Of a stretch of DNA of 64,000 nucleotides, positions 1 through 10,163 are shown piece after piece. Below the pieces are notes generated by a model. That model was not told where the DNA came from. It worked only from the letters and a program-made list of their open reading frames with translations, and made no database searches. Positions within the stretch are counted from its first letter, which is position 1. Each line of letters starts with the position of its first letter. A program made the position numbers and the translations under genes. This DNA comes from Alphaproteobacteria bacterium (GTDB lineage: Bacteria; Pseudomonadota; Alphaproteobacteria; CADEGL01): positions 7,145 through 71,144 of the forward strand of contig JAPLOM010000030.1 of assembly GCA_026400755.1 (NCBI GenBank). Reading direction: 5' to 3'.

Positions 1-2
1 AC

Positions 3-1399
3 TTGTCGCAGTATGCCGCCAACCCCGTCATTCGCCGACTGCTCGTGGCCAATTTTATCGCGCGGAACGAGGCTTACTATTGGGACGACGAAGTCGAGAC
101 CAAGGAAAGAGCAGGTGCTCTTCGCGTGGTTAATGCGATCCTGGCTATCCCCGATCTGCCCGCCGGCGAGGATCTCGATCGCTTGGCATCGCTGCTCTAT
201 CAGCTTGGTCTCTACGAAGATGCTGAAAAATTGACGGCCACTGCGGAAACGCCGCTGGGTCTTTGGGTGCGCGCGAAACTGGCCATGCGGCGTGGCGACC
301 GCGCCGCGGCGATCCGCGATTGGACCGCCGCGGTCGCAGGGATCGACAGCACCGAAGAACGAGATGTCCCCTATGACGGCGCCAAAGACCGTGTTCGTGG
401 AGAGCTTGCCGTCGTTCGGCTGAGCGAGGGCGAATACCGGGACTCTTTGCGCCTTCTATTGCCTACTGCGTACTGGGGCGATGTTGTTCATGTCGCCGAA
501 CGCGTGTTAACGGTCGATGAACTCAAGGCCTTCGTCGATGCCCTGCCCCCTGATTCGGCGGAGGAATTGCGCGCCTTGCTTGCCCGCCGATTGACGCGCG
601 ACGGGCGCGTCTCCGAAGCGCTGCCTTATTTTAGAACGAAACCGTCCAAAGATGGACGTACGGACGCCGACGACGCGCGCGCCTTCCTGGCCGCGGTCGA
701 AGATGGACGCCCAGGTTGGCCGTTCGATTGGCCGTGGCAGAAGGTTTCTCGCGCCGAAGCCTTGTTCCGCGTCGCCACTCTTGCCCGAAACCGGGGAATG
801 GAGTTGATGGGGACCGAAGGCCTGCCGGACGAGGCGGCGCTTGGTGGCGCCTATTCGTCTGGTATCGGCCAACCCGATCTCAGTGGTGCCGTTATCTACG
901 AAGGCTCGCTCCTCGGTCCGGACGAAGCAAACCGGTTCATCGCCAGTGCGCCGAAACCCGATGTTCGGTTTCACTACCGGGTGATCGCGACGGACCGCGC
1001 GCTTGAAGCGGCCGATCTTTTGCCGGAGCGCTCGCAGGCCTATGCGGCCACTCTTTGCTGGGCAGCCCGCTTTGCAGCCGACAGTTCGGGCGAAGATCGA
1101 TGGGGGGCAGCCCCAGGCGCTCGGAGTCCGATCGATTCTCGGTGATCTACAAGCGCTACGTGGCAACTGGCCTGTACCAGTCCTGGGCGGTGAAGTTCGG
1201 GCAGATTTGTCCGCAGCCGGATTTCGCGGCCGCCCGGACGTTCTGGCTGCGTCGCATCGTTGCGTGGCCGTCCGACGTCGCTCATGTGCTCTGGCGGCAT
1301 AAGTTCGCCGCCATCGCCGTATTGTTCACGGCCGCCGCACTCGTGGTTGGGCTGGTATGGCTCGCGCGCAGGCCGGCCGGCCGTTGGGAAGGTCGCTAG
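3..1399 (+). pseudogene. Large helical-repeat (TPR-like) hypothetical protein, 5' end outside window, frameshifted near 1100-1136, with a C-terminal membrane anchor
   Basis: ORF 3..1145 carries RFHYR...AADLLP...LCWA. The natural-looking C-terminus (IYKRYVATG...FGQICPQPDF plus hydrophobic helix FAAIAVLFTAAALVVGLVWL) is in the frame of ORF 1055..1399. Could be a sequencing indel. Confidence 0.6.
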
Positions 1400-1535
1400 G
1401 AATTCTGCTGCCAAACGGAGGGCACGCAGAAGAAAGTGCGAAAACCTCTTATCAGCATATCATTTTCCGACTTAGTCTAAGAATGCGTCTTTCGACGCCT
1501 AGACAATCCTTTGGGAACTCTTCGGAGGTTGGCCA

Positions 1536-2360
1536 ATGGGAACGCCTGCTGATTTTATTGATCTAGCTCGCTACCCGATCGACGACCTGCAAAGCCCGCG
1601 TGGCCGCGCTTTGATCGCGGACATCAAACGCAACATGGCGGAGCGGGTGATCTGCTCATTGCCCGGGTTTTTGCGCCCCGAGGCGCTGGCGCGCATGGTG
1701 GCGGAGGCGGAAGCGCTTGAACCGCTCGCTTATCGCGGTCCTGCCGAGGCCAGTCCCTATTTCTACAACTACCGCACCGCCGTCGATTTGCCGTCCGACC
1801 ACCCCCGGGTTCGCAAGACTCCTCGGCGCCTGCGCCAGATCGCCTACGACCTCATTCCGCCGACAACGGCCATTTGGCAGCTCTACAACTGGGATCCGTT
1901 GGCGGCGTTTCTGGCCCAGGCGAGCGGAGTCGAACGGCTCTACCGTTCGGCCGATCCGTTTCAGGCGCTCAACATTTCCGTGATGGACGAAGACGGGTGT
2001 CAGCAGTGGCATTTCGATGCCAATGAAATCAACATCACGCTGCTTCTTCAGCCGCCTGAGGCGGGCGGCGAATTCGAGTATGTGCCGCTCATTCGCTCGA
2101 CTGAGAACGAGAACTTCGATGACGTGAAGGCCGTGCTGGATGGAAGCCGGGAACGCGTCATCCAGTTGCAGCTGGAGGCTGGCGCGCTGGTTCTCTTCAA
2201 GGGGCATCATTCCATGCACCGCGTCGCGCCCGTGCGCGGCGCGCGCCGCCGCTTCCAGACGATCCTCGGCCATAACACCCGTCCGGGCATGGTCGGGTCG
2301 CGAGAGTCGAGCATTTTGCACTATGGCCCGCGCGTTGCCTTGATCGCACCTTCCCAATGA
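1536..2360 (+). CDS. 2OG-Fe(II) oxygenase, BesD/HalD-like fold (hydroxylase-type HxD motif)
   Basis: WHFD...HRV facial triad, GGEFEY strand and distal Arg (RRFQ). Confidence 0.8.
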   Translation: MGTPADFIDLARYPIDDLQSPRGRALIADIKRNMAERVICSLPGFLRPEALARMVAEAEALEPLAYRGPAEASPYFYNYRTAVDLPSDHPRVRKTPRRLRQIAYDLIPPTTAIWQLYNWDPLAAFLAQASGVERLYRSADPFQALNISVMDEDGCQQWHFDANEINITLLLQPPEAGGEFEYVPLIRSTENENFDDVKAVLDGSRERVIQLQLEAGALVLFKGHHSMHRVAPVRGARRRFQTILGHNTRPGMVGSRESSILHYGPRVALIAPSQ

Positions 2361-2402
2361 AAGTCGGTCTCGGCGGTTGCGCGCCCTCGCAGTCAAACCA
2401 AC

Positions 2403-2437
2403 CCGCCATGTCATACAGACTGGCGGAGTTTTCTTTG
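2403..2437 (+). terminator. Rho-independent terminator
   Basis: CCGCCA/TGGCGG stem (2403-2408, 2421-2426) followed by AGTTTTCTTT, 43 nt after the stop at 2360. Confidence 0.6.
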
Positions 2438-2483
2438 TCCGCTTGGCAACCTTTCCTCTAAGTTCCCGCTTCCGTGCGCGCCC

Positions 2484-2500
2484 TTGGCACGGCGTCTGCA
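2484..2500 (+). promoter_or_regulatory. Sigma-54 (RpoN) -24/-12 promoter
   Basis: TTGGCACGGCGTCTGCA matches TGGCACG-N4-TTGCW with exact GG/GC spacing and one mismatch; intergenic and oriented toward the mscS-like gene. Confidence 0.6.
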
Positions 2501-2780
2501 GAAAGATGTGGCGGAAGCCCAGGAACAACGGGACTAATTCGGGCGCCAGGCACGGGCATATCGCGATAGGGCGGGAAATGGCGACAGCTCGGGGAGACGC
2601 CGCCCGATCTGGCCGGTCGCTTGCCGGTCGCAATCGAGCCGGCCGCGCCGCCGGCGCTCCACCTCCAATTGTTTGGCGCCACGCTGATGCGGAATTATGC
2701 GGATTGGTCCTGCGACCAAATCCGCTATTAGCCGCGGCAGGAATACGCACCCACGCTTGACGCGTTTCGGCGGATGGACG

Positions 2781-5078
2781 ATGGATAGGGACTATTGCTC
2801 AGGCGTGCGTTCCAGCGCGGGAAGCTTTGGGGGATTTCATATAAATCGGTTAGTCACTCGCGTGGCGCGGCCGTCGGTACTGTCCGGATTTGCGAAGGCG
2901 TTGGCCGCCGCAATCCTGCTGCTGGCCGTGGTTTCGTTCGCGCCCGATGGCGCCGCCGCGAAATCGGCCTTTCCGGGCATGCCGGAGAAGTCCGAAAAGG
3001 CAGACGAGGCCACGCCGCAGAAGGATGGGCCGCCGGAAACCCTGGCGGGTGATCTGAGCGCCGATATCGACGCGGCCGAGCAAAGTTTCACCGACATGAT
3101 CCACGATCTGCGCGCCGGTCTGCGCGAGGCCGCGGTCAGCGGCCACAACCTCTGGCCCACGCTCGAGATGGCGGTTCGCACCAGCGGCGAGGACGGCACC
3201 TCCGATTGGCTCGTGCCCGCCGTGGAGGTTGGCGCCGTCGGTATGCTGTGCGGCTGGGCCGTGGCGCTTCTGTTCCGGTGGTGGGCCCGGCGGTATTTCC
3301 TCCGCGGTTTTTCGGACCATCCCGCCGACCGCTACGAAAAGATTTCCTATCAACTGTCCGGCGGTGCCATCGCGCTGGTCGCGACGCTCCTGTTCGCCAT
3401 CGTCGGTTGGGGCGTGAGCGAGTATGCCCAGGGTGAGCAGGGCATCGCCCATCGCACCGCGATGATCATGGTTGCCACGGCGGTCTTCATCCAGATTTTC
3501 ATGACCGTCATCTATGGCCTGTTGTCGCCGGGCAACGGCACCCAGCGCGTCATCGCCATGGACGACCGCCATGCGCAAAGCCTGGCCGCCATCCTGACGC
3601 TGGTTCAAATCCTGGGCGGCGTGCTGTTCGGTATCAACGCTTGGTTCAAGTCCATCGATCTGGACGATCCCACCCACGACTTATTTTCCATCATCACCAC
3701 CGGCGTGGCCGTCGTCCTTTTGGGCGCCGTCTGCGCTGTGTGCCGGAAGCCGATCGCCGATGCGCTTGTGCCGCCGTCCTCGGAGACGCGGGGCTGGGGG
3801 CGCTGGCTGGCGCGCCGCTGGTACATGATCGGTATCATCTATTTCGTTTTCGCCTGGCTTGTCCGCGCCGTCCGCGTTCTGCTCGACCAGCCGAATGCCG
3901 AAGGGCTGGTCGCCGTGCCCGTGTTGGTGCTGTTCGTGGGCTTGGTTTTCTACGGCATCACTTTGTTGCTGATCGCGCGCGTCATGAAGGGCGGCGTCGA
4001 GTTGCATGTGGGCGGCCCGAACGGGCGGCGGATGCCCAACCATCGCGACCTGGTCGAACGCGGCGCCGCGATCGCCTATACGGTCATCGGCCTGGCGGTA
4101 ATCTTCAACGTCTGGGGCATCAACGTCGTGGGCGGCGGCGCGTGGGGCGGCCGGGTCTTCGATTCGCTGGTGGTCGTCTTCTTCGGCTGGCTGGTCTACG
4201 ACGTGGCCAAGCTCACCATCGACCGCAAGATCGCCGCCGAAGACCCCATGGACGGTACGGCCGGCCAGGATGTTGAGGGCGATGTGCCCATGGCCACGGC
4301 CAAGACACGCCTAGCCACCCTGCTGCCGTTGGTTCGCGTGGTGGTGCTGTCCACGATCACCGTCACCATCGCGATGATGGCGCTGACCCAGGTGGGTGTG
4401 AACATCACGCCGTTGTTCGCGGGCGCCGGCGTGGTAGGCCTGGCCATCGGCTTCGGCTCGCGCCAGCTGGTGGAGGACGTCATCTCCGGCGCGTTCTATC
4501 TGGCCGATGATGCATTCCGCGTCGGCGAATACATCGACATCGGCAAGGTGAAGGGCACGGTCGAGCGCATCTCGGTGCGTTCGTTCCAGTTGCGCCACCA
4601 GAATGGCCCGCTCAACACGATCCGCTTCGGCGAGGTCTCGCACGTCACCAACTTCTCGCGCGATTGGGCGATCATGAAGTTGCCCATCCGTGTGCCGCTG
4701 GACGCCGACAGCGAGAAGATCCGCAAGATCATCAAGAAGGTCGGAGAGGAGTTGCAGAACGATCCAGAATTGGGGCCGAAGTTCCTGCAGCCGCTCAAAT
4801 CCCAGGGCGTCTACCAGATGGACGATTCGGCGCTGATCATCCGGGTCAAGTTCATGACGCGGCCGAACGACCAGTTCATCCTGCGGCGCGTGGTCTATCA
4901 CCGCATCCAGGAGGCGTTTCACAAGGCGGGCATCCAGTTCGCGAACCGCGTCGTCACGGTGCGCGTCGAGGGTGACAACACAACGCCCGGAACGCCCGAG
5001 GCGACCGCGGCACGCAATATGGCCATCGCCCAGGCCGCGCAGGACGCACTCAACGCCAACCCGCTGTCGAAAGGCTGA
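2781..5078 (+). CDS. Large mechanosensitive ion channel, MscS family (YbiO-like)
   Basis: Signal-like N-terminus, many TM helices, C-terminal MscS core LFAGAGVVGLAIGFGSRQLVEDVISG...FRVGEYI...GTVERISVRS. Start uncertain (ORF opens at 2697). Confidence 0.9.
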   Translation: MDRDYCSGVRSSAGSFGGFHINRLVTRVARPSVLSGFAKALAAAILLLAVVSFAPDGAAAKSAFPGMPEKSEKADEATPQKDGPPETLAGDLSADIDAAEQSFTDMIHDLRAGLREAAVSGHNLWPTLEMAVRTSGEDGTSDWLVPAVEVGAVGMLCGWAVALLFRWWARRYFLRGFSDHPADRYEKISYQLSGGAIALVATLLFAIVGWGVSEYAQGEQGIAHRTAMIMVATAVFIQIFMTVIYGLLSPGNGTQRVIAMDDRHAQSLAAILTLVQILGGVLFGINAWFKSIDLDDPTHDLFSIITTGVAVVLLGAVCAVCRKPIADALVPPSSETRGWGRWLARRWYMIGIIYFVFAWLVRAVRVLLDQPNAEGLVAVPVLVLFVGLVFYGITLLLIARVMKGGVELHVGGPNGRRMPNHRDLVERGAAIAYTVIGLAVIFNVWGINVVGGGAWGGRVFDSLVVVFFGWLVYDVAKLTIDRKIAAEDPMDGTAGQDVEGDVPMATAKTRLATLLPLVRVVVLSTITVTIAMMALTQVGVNITPLFAGAGVVGLAIGFGSRQLVEDVISGAFYLADDAFRVGEYIDIGKVKGTVERISVRSFQLRHQNGPLNTIRFGEVSHVTNFSRDWAIMKLPIRVPLDADSEKIRKIIKKVGEELQNDPELGPKFLQPLKSQGVYQMDDSALIIRVKFMTRPNDQFILRRVVYHRIQEAFHKAGIQFANRVVTVRVEGDNTTPGTPEATAARNMAIAQAAQDALNANPLSKG

Positions 5079-5206
5079 GCGTTGCGCGACGTCGATTCGG
5101 CATAGGCGCCGGTCGTGATGGTGGTCCTGGGCTGAGGGGTCGACCGCGCCTGGCCGATCGCCTAACGTCCGTCCTTCGCCCTTCCCCCATCGCACGGATT
5201 CAAGTC

Positions 5207-6178
5207 ATGACGCTGCCCTCGAAGGACAAGTTGAACGTCTGTTTCGCCCATGTGGCCTATCGTCTGGGCGACAATTTGAAGGCGCGCAACACCGGCATTT
5301 CCTATTTCGAGGCGCGCAGCGCCGATGAGCTGAAGGCGCGGATCGGCGAAGCCGACGTGCTGGTCATCTCAGGTCTCTGGAAGAACGACCTGATCCCCCA
5401 CGCCAAGCAGCTCAAGTTCATCCAGTCGATCAGCGCTGGCGTGGACCAGTACGGCAAGGATGCGCTGAAGGCGGCGGGCATTCGCCTGGCCAGCGCGGCG
5501 GGCGCCAACGCGCGCGCGGTTTCCGAGCACGCCATGTCGCTGATCCTGGCCCATACGCGGCGTCTGGCCGAGGCGCGTGACAACCAGGCCAAGCGCGCCT
5601 GGCGCGGCATGATTGCCGATCCCGCCGCGCGCGAGGACGCGTTGGGCGAAAAGACGCTCCTGATCGTAGGGCTCGGCCGCATCGGCCAGCGCCTGGCCCA
5701 TCTGGCCAAGGCGTTCGACATGAAGGTCGTGGGCGTGCGGCGCGATCCGTCGGCCGGCGGCGGCGCGGCCGATTCGGTTCATGCCTTTCGCGAACTGCAC
5801 AGCCTGTTGCCCCAGGCCGACATCGTGGCGCTGACCTGCCCGCTGACGCCCGAGACCGAGAATATGATCGACGCCAAGGCCATCGCGGCGATGAAGCCCG
5901 GCGCGCATCTGGTCAACGTGGCGCGCGGGCGCTGCGTCAACGAGACGGACCTGATCGCGGCGTTGCAGTCGGGCAAGCTGGCCAGCGCCTCGCTGGATAC
6001 CTTCCATAGCGAGCCGTTGCGGGCGGAATCGCCCTTGTGGAATTTCCCCAACGTCCTGATCACGCCTCATACGGGCGGCGAGACCGGCCGTTACGAGCAA
6101 AACGTCAACGATCTGCTGGTGGAGAATCTGGATCGGCTCTGGAGCGGCAAGGCCGAATTGCGCAATCAGATCGTCTAG
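5207..6178 (+). CDS. D-2-hydroxyacid dehydrogenase family protein
   Basis: GLGRIG Rossmann motif; catalytic R (VARG), E (SEPL) and H (TPHTGG). Confidence 0.9.
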   Translation: MTLPSKDKLNVCFAHVAYRLGDNLKARNTGISYFEARSADELKARIGEADVLVISGLWKNDLIPHAKQLKFIQSISAGVDQYGKDALKAAGIRLASAAGANARAVSEHAMSLILAHTRRLAEARDNQAKRAWRGMIADPAAREDALGEKTLLIVGLGRIGQRLAHLAKAFDMKVVGVRRDPSAGGGAADSVHAFRELHSLLPQADIVALTCPLTPETENMIDAKAIAAMKPGAHLVNVARGRCVNETDLIAALQSGKLASASLDTFHSEPLRAESPLWNFPNVLITPHTGGETGRYEQNVNDLLVENLDRLWSGKAELRNQIV

Positions 6179-6948
6179 AGCTTGCTGCCGCCGTTGATCA
6201 GGATCGTCTCGCCGGTCATGTAGCGGGCGCCGACGGCCAGGAACAGGATGGCATCGGCATAGTCGGATGGCTGGCCCACGCGCTTCAACGGCACGCTGCG
6301 TTCGGCGGCTTCGTCGATGTCGCCGAACGAACATTCCCAGTTGGAGTTGACGAAGCCCGGCGCGATCCCGTTCACGCGCACGTCGGGCGCCAGGCTTTTC
6401 GCCAGCAACTGCGTCATGCGGACGAGGGCCGTTTTCGCGCAGGCGTAGGCCAGGCTGCTGGCGCCGCCGCCAAAGGCGGAATCGGACACAGTGTTCACGA
6501 CCGCGCCGTCGCCCTGGCGCAAGGCGGGCGCCGCCGCGCGCGTCGCCCAGAACGCGCCCAAGAGGTTGACCGACAGGATTTTGGTCCAGAACTCCTCGGT
6601 CAGCCGGTCCAACTCGGTGACGGGGATGGGCTTACTGGTCCCAGGTGTGCCGGCGTTGTTGACCAGATAGTCGAGCCCGCCCAGCCGCTTCACGGCCGCG
6701 CCAATCGCCCCTTCGATCGAAGCCTGCTGCCCCACGTTGGCCGGGATGGCCACGACCTCCAGACCTTCGCCGCGCAGCCGTTTGGTTTCCGCTTCCAGCC
6801 GGGCATTGCCCGGCAGGTCCAGCATGGCGACCGCGGCGCCCGAACGAGCCAGCCGCTCCACCGTGCCGAGCCCGATGCCTGATGCGCCGCCGGTCACGAC
6901 CGCGCGCTTTCCCTTCAGGTGGTAGGTGATCAGTTCGGACAACGGCAT
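6175..6948 (-). CDS. Classical SDR family oxidoreductase
   Basis: TGGASGIG, NNAG, YACAK catalytic motif, VRVNGIAPG. Confidence 0.9.
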   Translation of the reverse strand: MPLSELITYHLKGKRAVVTGGASGIGLGTVERLARSGAAVAMLDLPGNARLEAETKRLRGEGLEVVAIPANVGQQASIEGAIGAAVKRLGGLDYLVNNAGTPGTSKPIPVTELDRLTEEFWTKILSVNLLGAFWATRAAAPALRQGDGAVVNTVSDSAFGGGASSLAYACAKTALVRMTQLLAKSLAPDVRVNGIAPGFVNSNWECSFGDIDEAAERSVPLKRVGQPSDYADAILFLAVGARYMTGETILINGGSKL

Positions 6949-7037
6949 CTCCCCGGCTTTTCGCGCGATCGCGGCCTTGGCAACCGGCTGCGCGGACCCT
7001 AGCCTAGAGGCTTACCCAAATTCTTTCGAGGCGCGGC

Positions 7038-7880
7038 ATGAGCGGGATTGAAGTCAGGCCCATTTCGGGAGCGCTGGGCGCCGAAGTGCACGGCGTGCAG
7101 CTGGGCGATCCGTTCGACAACGCGACCATGGACGCCATCCACCGCGCGTTCCTCGATCATCTGGTGGTGTTCTTTCCGGACCAGCGGCTCACGCCCGACC
7201 AGCACAAGAATTTCGCCCGCCGCTTCGGCCCCATCTACATTCACCCCATGGTGGAGGGGATGCAAGACCATCCGGAAATCATCCGCGTGGTCCGCGAGCC
7301 GGGCGAGCGCACCAACTGGGGCAGCAAATGGCACATGGACGGCGCCTTTGCCGAGCGGCCGCCGCTCGGCACCATGCTGCATGCCCAGCAGATCCCGCCC
7401 TACGGCTCCGACACGATGTGGACCAACCTATACCTGGCCTATGACGCGCTGTCGGACGGGCTGAAGCGCACGCTCGAAGGCTTGAAGGCCGTGCACGCTT
7501 CGGGCGCCGCCACCCGCTATGACAGCAAGTATAAGGGCATGAAGTCCAAGCCGGCCGAAGCGTCGCAAGCCATTCATCCGCTCATCCGCACCCATCCCGA
7601 GACAGGACGGAAATGCCTGTTCGTGAACAACGATTTCATGGTGCGGTTCGACGGCATGACGGCGGAGGAAAGCCACCCGCTGATGAACTACCTGTTCGAG
7701 CATTGCATCCGGCCCGAATTCACCTGCCGCTTCCGTTGGAAGGCCGGCACGCTGGCGTTCTGGGACAACCGCTGCACCCAACACAACGCCATCTCCGATT
7801 ATTTCCCCAGCCGGCCCGAGCTGTTCGACAGCCCGCGCATCATGCACCGCATAACGGTCGAGGGCGACCGGCCCGTTTGA
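7038..7880 (+). CDS. TauD/TfdA family 2OG-dependent dioxygenase
   Basis: WHMDG (HxD), HPLIRTHPETGRK, FWDNRCTQH, MHRITV. Confidence 0.92.
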   Translation: MSGIEVRPISGALGAEVHGVQLGDPFDNATMDAIHRAFLDHLVVFFPDQRLTPDQHKNFARRFGPIYIHPMVEGMQDHPEIIRVVREPGERTNWGSKWHMDGAFAERPPLGTMLHAQQIPPYGSDTMWTNLYLAYDALSDGLKRTLEGLKAVHASGAATRYDSKYKGMKSKPAEASQAIHPLIRTHPETGRKCLFVNNDFMVRFDGMTAEESHPLMNYLFEHCIRPEFTCRFRWKAGTLAFWDNRCTQHNAISDYFPSRPELFDSPRIMHRITVEGDRPV

Positions 7881-7922
7881 GCCGGCCGCCCTCGATGCGG
7901 CTTTCAAAACGATCGCGAAGGA

Positions 7923-8513
7923 TTAGGCAGTCGTGCGCAACTCCACCGCCGGGCGCGGGGTCTGGACGGCCAGACGCCGGGACGGCGCGACCGGCTCGTC
8001 CACCAAGCGCGTCAGTTCGGTGGGTGCGCGGTTGATGCGCGACTTGATGGTGCCGACCGCGCATTTGCACACCGCGGCGGCCTCTTCGTAACTCATGCCC
8101 GCCGCGCTCACGAGGATCAGGGCTTCGCGGTACTGCACGGGGACCAACTGCAGCAGCGCGCGGACCTCTTTCAGCTCCAAGCTGACCATCTGGTCGCCGC
8201 GCGTGGTCTGCAGGCGTTCCGGCAGATCGTCGAGGCTGCCGCCGTCATAGCGCGCCTTGCGGCACTCGCTGAAATGGCAATTGCGCAGGATGGTGAACAG
8301 CCAGGCGCGCATGTTGGTGCCGGGCTGATAGCGATGGGCCGCGCCCAGCGCGCGCGCCATCGTGTCCTGGACCAGATCGTCGGCGCGGTCGCGGCTGCCC
8401 GACAGGCCGCGGGCGAAGGCGCGGAGTTGAGGGACGTGCTCGAGAAGCTGCGTGCGGAACTCGGCGTTGTCGGCCTGGCCACGCGTGATGGTCTCGTTCT
8501 CGATGATCGTCAT
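7923..8513 (-). CDS. ECF sigma-70 factor, EcfG/SigT (general stress response)-like
   Basis: PQLRAFARGL...ADDLVQDT...YQPGTNMRAWLFTILRN; region 4 REALILV...SYEEAAAVCKCAVGTIKSRINRA. Confidence 0.85.
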   Translation of the reverse strand: MTIIENETITRGQADNAEFRTQLLEHVPQLRAFARGLSGSRDRADDLVQDTMARALGAAHRYQPGTNMRAWLFTILRNCHFSECRKARYDGGSLDDLPERLQTTRGDQMVSLELKEVRALLQLVPVQYREALILVSAAGMSYEEAAAVCKCAVGTIKSRINRAPTELTRLVDEPVAPSRRLAVQTPRPAVELRTTA

Positions 8514-8677
8514 ATGTGTCTCCTGCGGTTATCCCCGGAACCGGAGGAGCGTGGACTTGGCTGCTCCCCGGACCGCCGCCGTGATGACGGCAATGCGATA
8601 ACTCCAAACTAGGCAAAAAGGACACGTCCCAGGGGTGACAACGTTGTGACATTGCTGTGGTTGGGCGAGGGCCCCTT

Positions 8678-8705
8678 AAGAAACCGCTGTTATCGGCGGT
8701 TTCTT
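8678..8705 (-). terminator. Terminator hairpin downstream of the NCS2 permease
   Basis: Perfect 10-bp inverted repeat AAGAAACCGC-N8-GCGGTTTCTT. Confidence 0.65.
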
Positions 8706-8763
8706 GTACCGTCTTTGCAAAATGGGATGGGATTGAACCTAACGGCGGGCGATCAATCGCCCC

Positions 8764-10053
8764 TCAGTCGGCTGGCGGATCGCGCAACAGGGCGTAGAGG
8801 ATGATCGCGCCGAAGGTGGCGACGCCGATGCCGCCCAGCGTGAAACCGCCCAGCTTGAGGGCCAGGTCGCCCGCGCCGACGGTCAGGGTCACGCCCGCCA
8901 CGATCAGGTTGCGCACGTTCGAGAAGTCGACCTTGTTTACGACCCAGATGCGCGCCGCGGTGGCGGCGATCAGGCCGAACACCACGACGGACAGACCGCC
9001 GATGACGGGGCCGGGAATGGTGTGGATCGCGGCACCGAACTTGGGCGAGAAACCCAGCAGGATGGCGAACAGGGCCGCGACAACGAACGCCAGCGTCGAG
9101 TAGATACGCGTCACCGCCATGACGCCCATGTTCTCGGCATAGGTGGTGACGCCGGGTCCGCCGCCCGCGCCGGACAGCATGGTCGCGACGCCGTCGCCGA
9201 TGAAAGCGCGCCCAAGATAGGGGTCGAGATCGCGCCCGGTCATGGCGCCGATGCCTTTGATGTGGCCCAAGTTCTCCGCGACCAGCACGATTGCCACCGG
9301 CGCGATCAAGACCATCGCGGTGGCATCGAAGACGGGCGCGGTGAATTGCGGCAGGCCGAACCATGCCGCCTGCGCCACCGGCGAAAAGTCGATCGGCGGT
9401 GCCAGGCTCATCCCGTTGGCGACGATCAGATACGCGATGTACGCGATCAGCCCGCCCAGCAGGATCGGCAACCGCCGCGCCATGCCGGGCGCATAACAGG
9501 CCACGATGCCCACGATGGCGACGGTGAACAGCCCGATCCAGGTGGCGACAGGGTTCGCGGATACCGACTTGATCGCGACGGGCGCCAGGTTCAGGCCGAT
9601 CACGGCCACGACTGAGCCCGTCACCACCGGCGGCATCAGCCGCTCGACCCAGCCATGCCCGGCCCAATGCACGGTCAAGCCGATGGCGGTGTAGACGGCG
9701 CCCGCCGCGATAATGCCGCCCAGCGCCACCGCAATGTTGGTGTTAAGCCCGCTGCCCGCATAGCCCGTGGCGGCGATGACCACCGCGATGAACGAGAAGC
9801 TAGAGCCCAGATAGCTGGGCACCCGCCCACACGTGATGAAGAAAAAGATGAGCGTGGCGATGCCCGAGAACAGGACCGCGACGTTGGCATCGAACCCCAT
9901 GAGAAGGGGCGCCAGCACGGTCGAGCCGAACATGGCGACCATGTGCTGCAGTCCGGCCACCAGCGTCTGCCCGGCGGGCAGGCGCTCGTCGGGCATGATC
10001 GCGCCGCCTGTCTTCAGCGTCCAACGCGGCAGAAACCCGTCATCGCTTCGCAT
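8764..10053 (-). CDS. rutG: NCS2 nucleobase:cation symporter (RutG/UraA-like pyrimidine permease)
   Basis: QHMVAMFGSTVL, PSYLGSSFSFI, ENLGH and the signature TTYAENMGV. Confidence 0.85.
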   Translation of the reverse strand: MRSDDGFLPRWTLKTGGAIMPDERLPAGQTLVAGLQHMVAMFGSTVLAPLLMGFDANVAVLFSGIATLIFFFITCGRVPSYLGSSFSFIAVVIAATGYAGSGLNTNIAVALGGIIAAGAVYTAIGLTVHWAGHGWVERLMPPVVTGSVVAVIGLNLAPVAIKSVSANPVATWIGLFTVAIVGIVACYAPGMARRLPILLGGLIAYIAYLIVANGMSLAPPIDFSPVAQAAWFGLPQFTAPVFDATAMVLIAPVAIVLVAENLGHIKGIGAMTGRDLDPYLGRAFIGDGVATMLSGAGGGPGVTTYAENMGVMAVTRIYSTLAFVVAALFAILLGFSPKFGAAIHTIPGPVIGGLSVVVFGLIAATAARIWVVNKVDFSNVRNLIVAGVTLTVGAGDLALKLGGFTLGGIGVATFGAIILYALLRDPPAD

Positions 10054-10163
10054 GTCGCCCCCCGGCCTTACGCGGCGTTGCCGGGAGCTTAGCAGAGAGT
10101 GGGCGCGGGCGCGGGGCGGGTGCTAACCTTCCCTCCCAAGATGAAGCGGAAGGGGAGAAGACC

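Noticed and set aside
1536-2360. Radical halogenase
   Set aside because: The metal triad retains Asp (HFD); halogenases have Gly or Ala there.
8639-8667. EcfG autoregulatory promoter (GGAAC-N16/17-CGTT)
   Set aside because: The minus strand gives CCAAC-N16-CGTT; the -35 mismatch at the conserved GG makes it unsupported.
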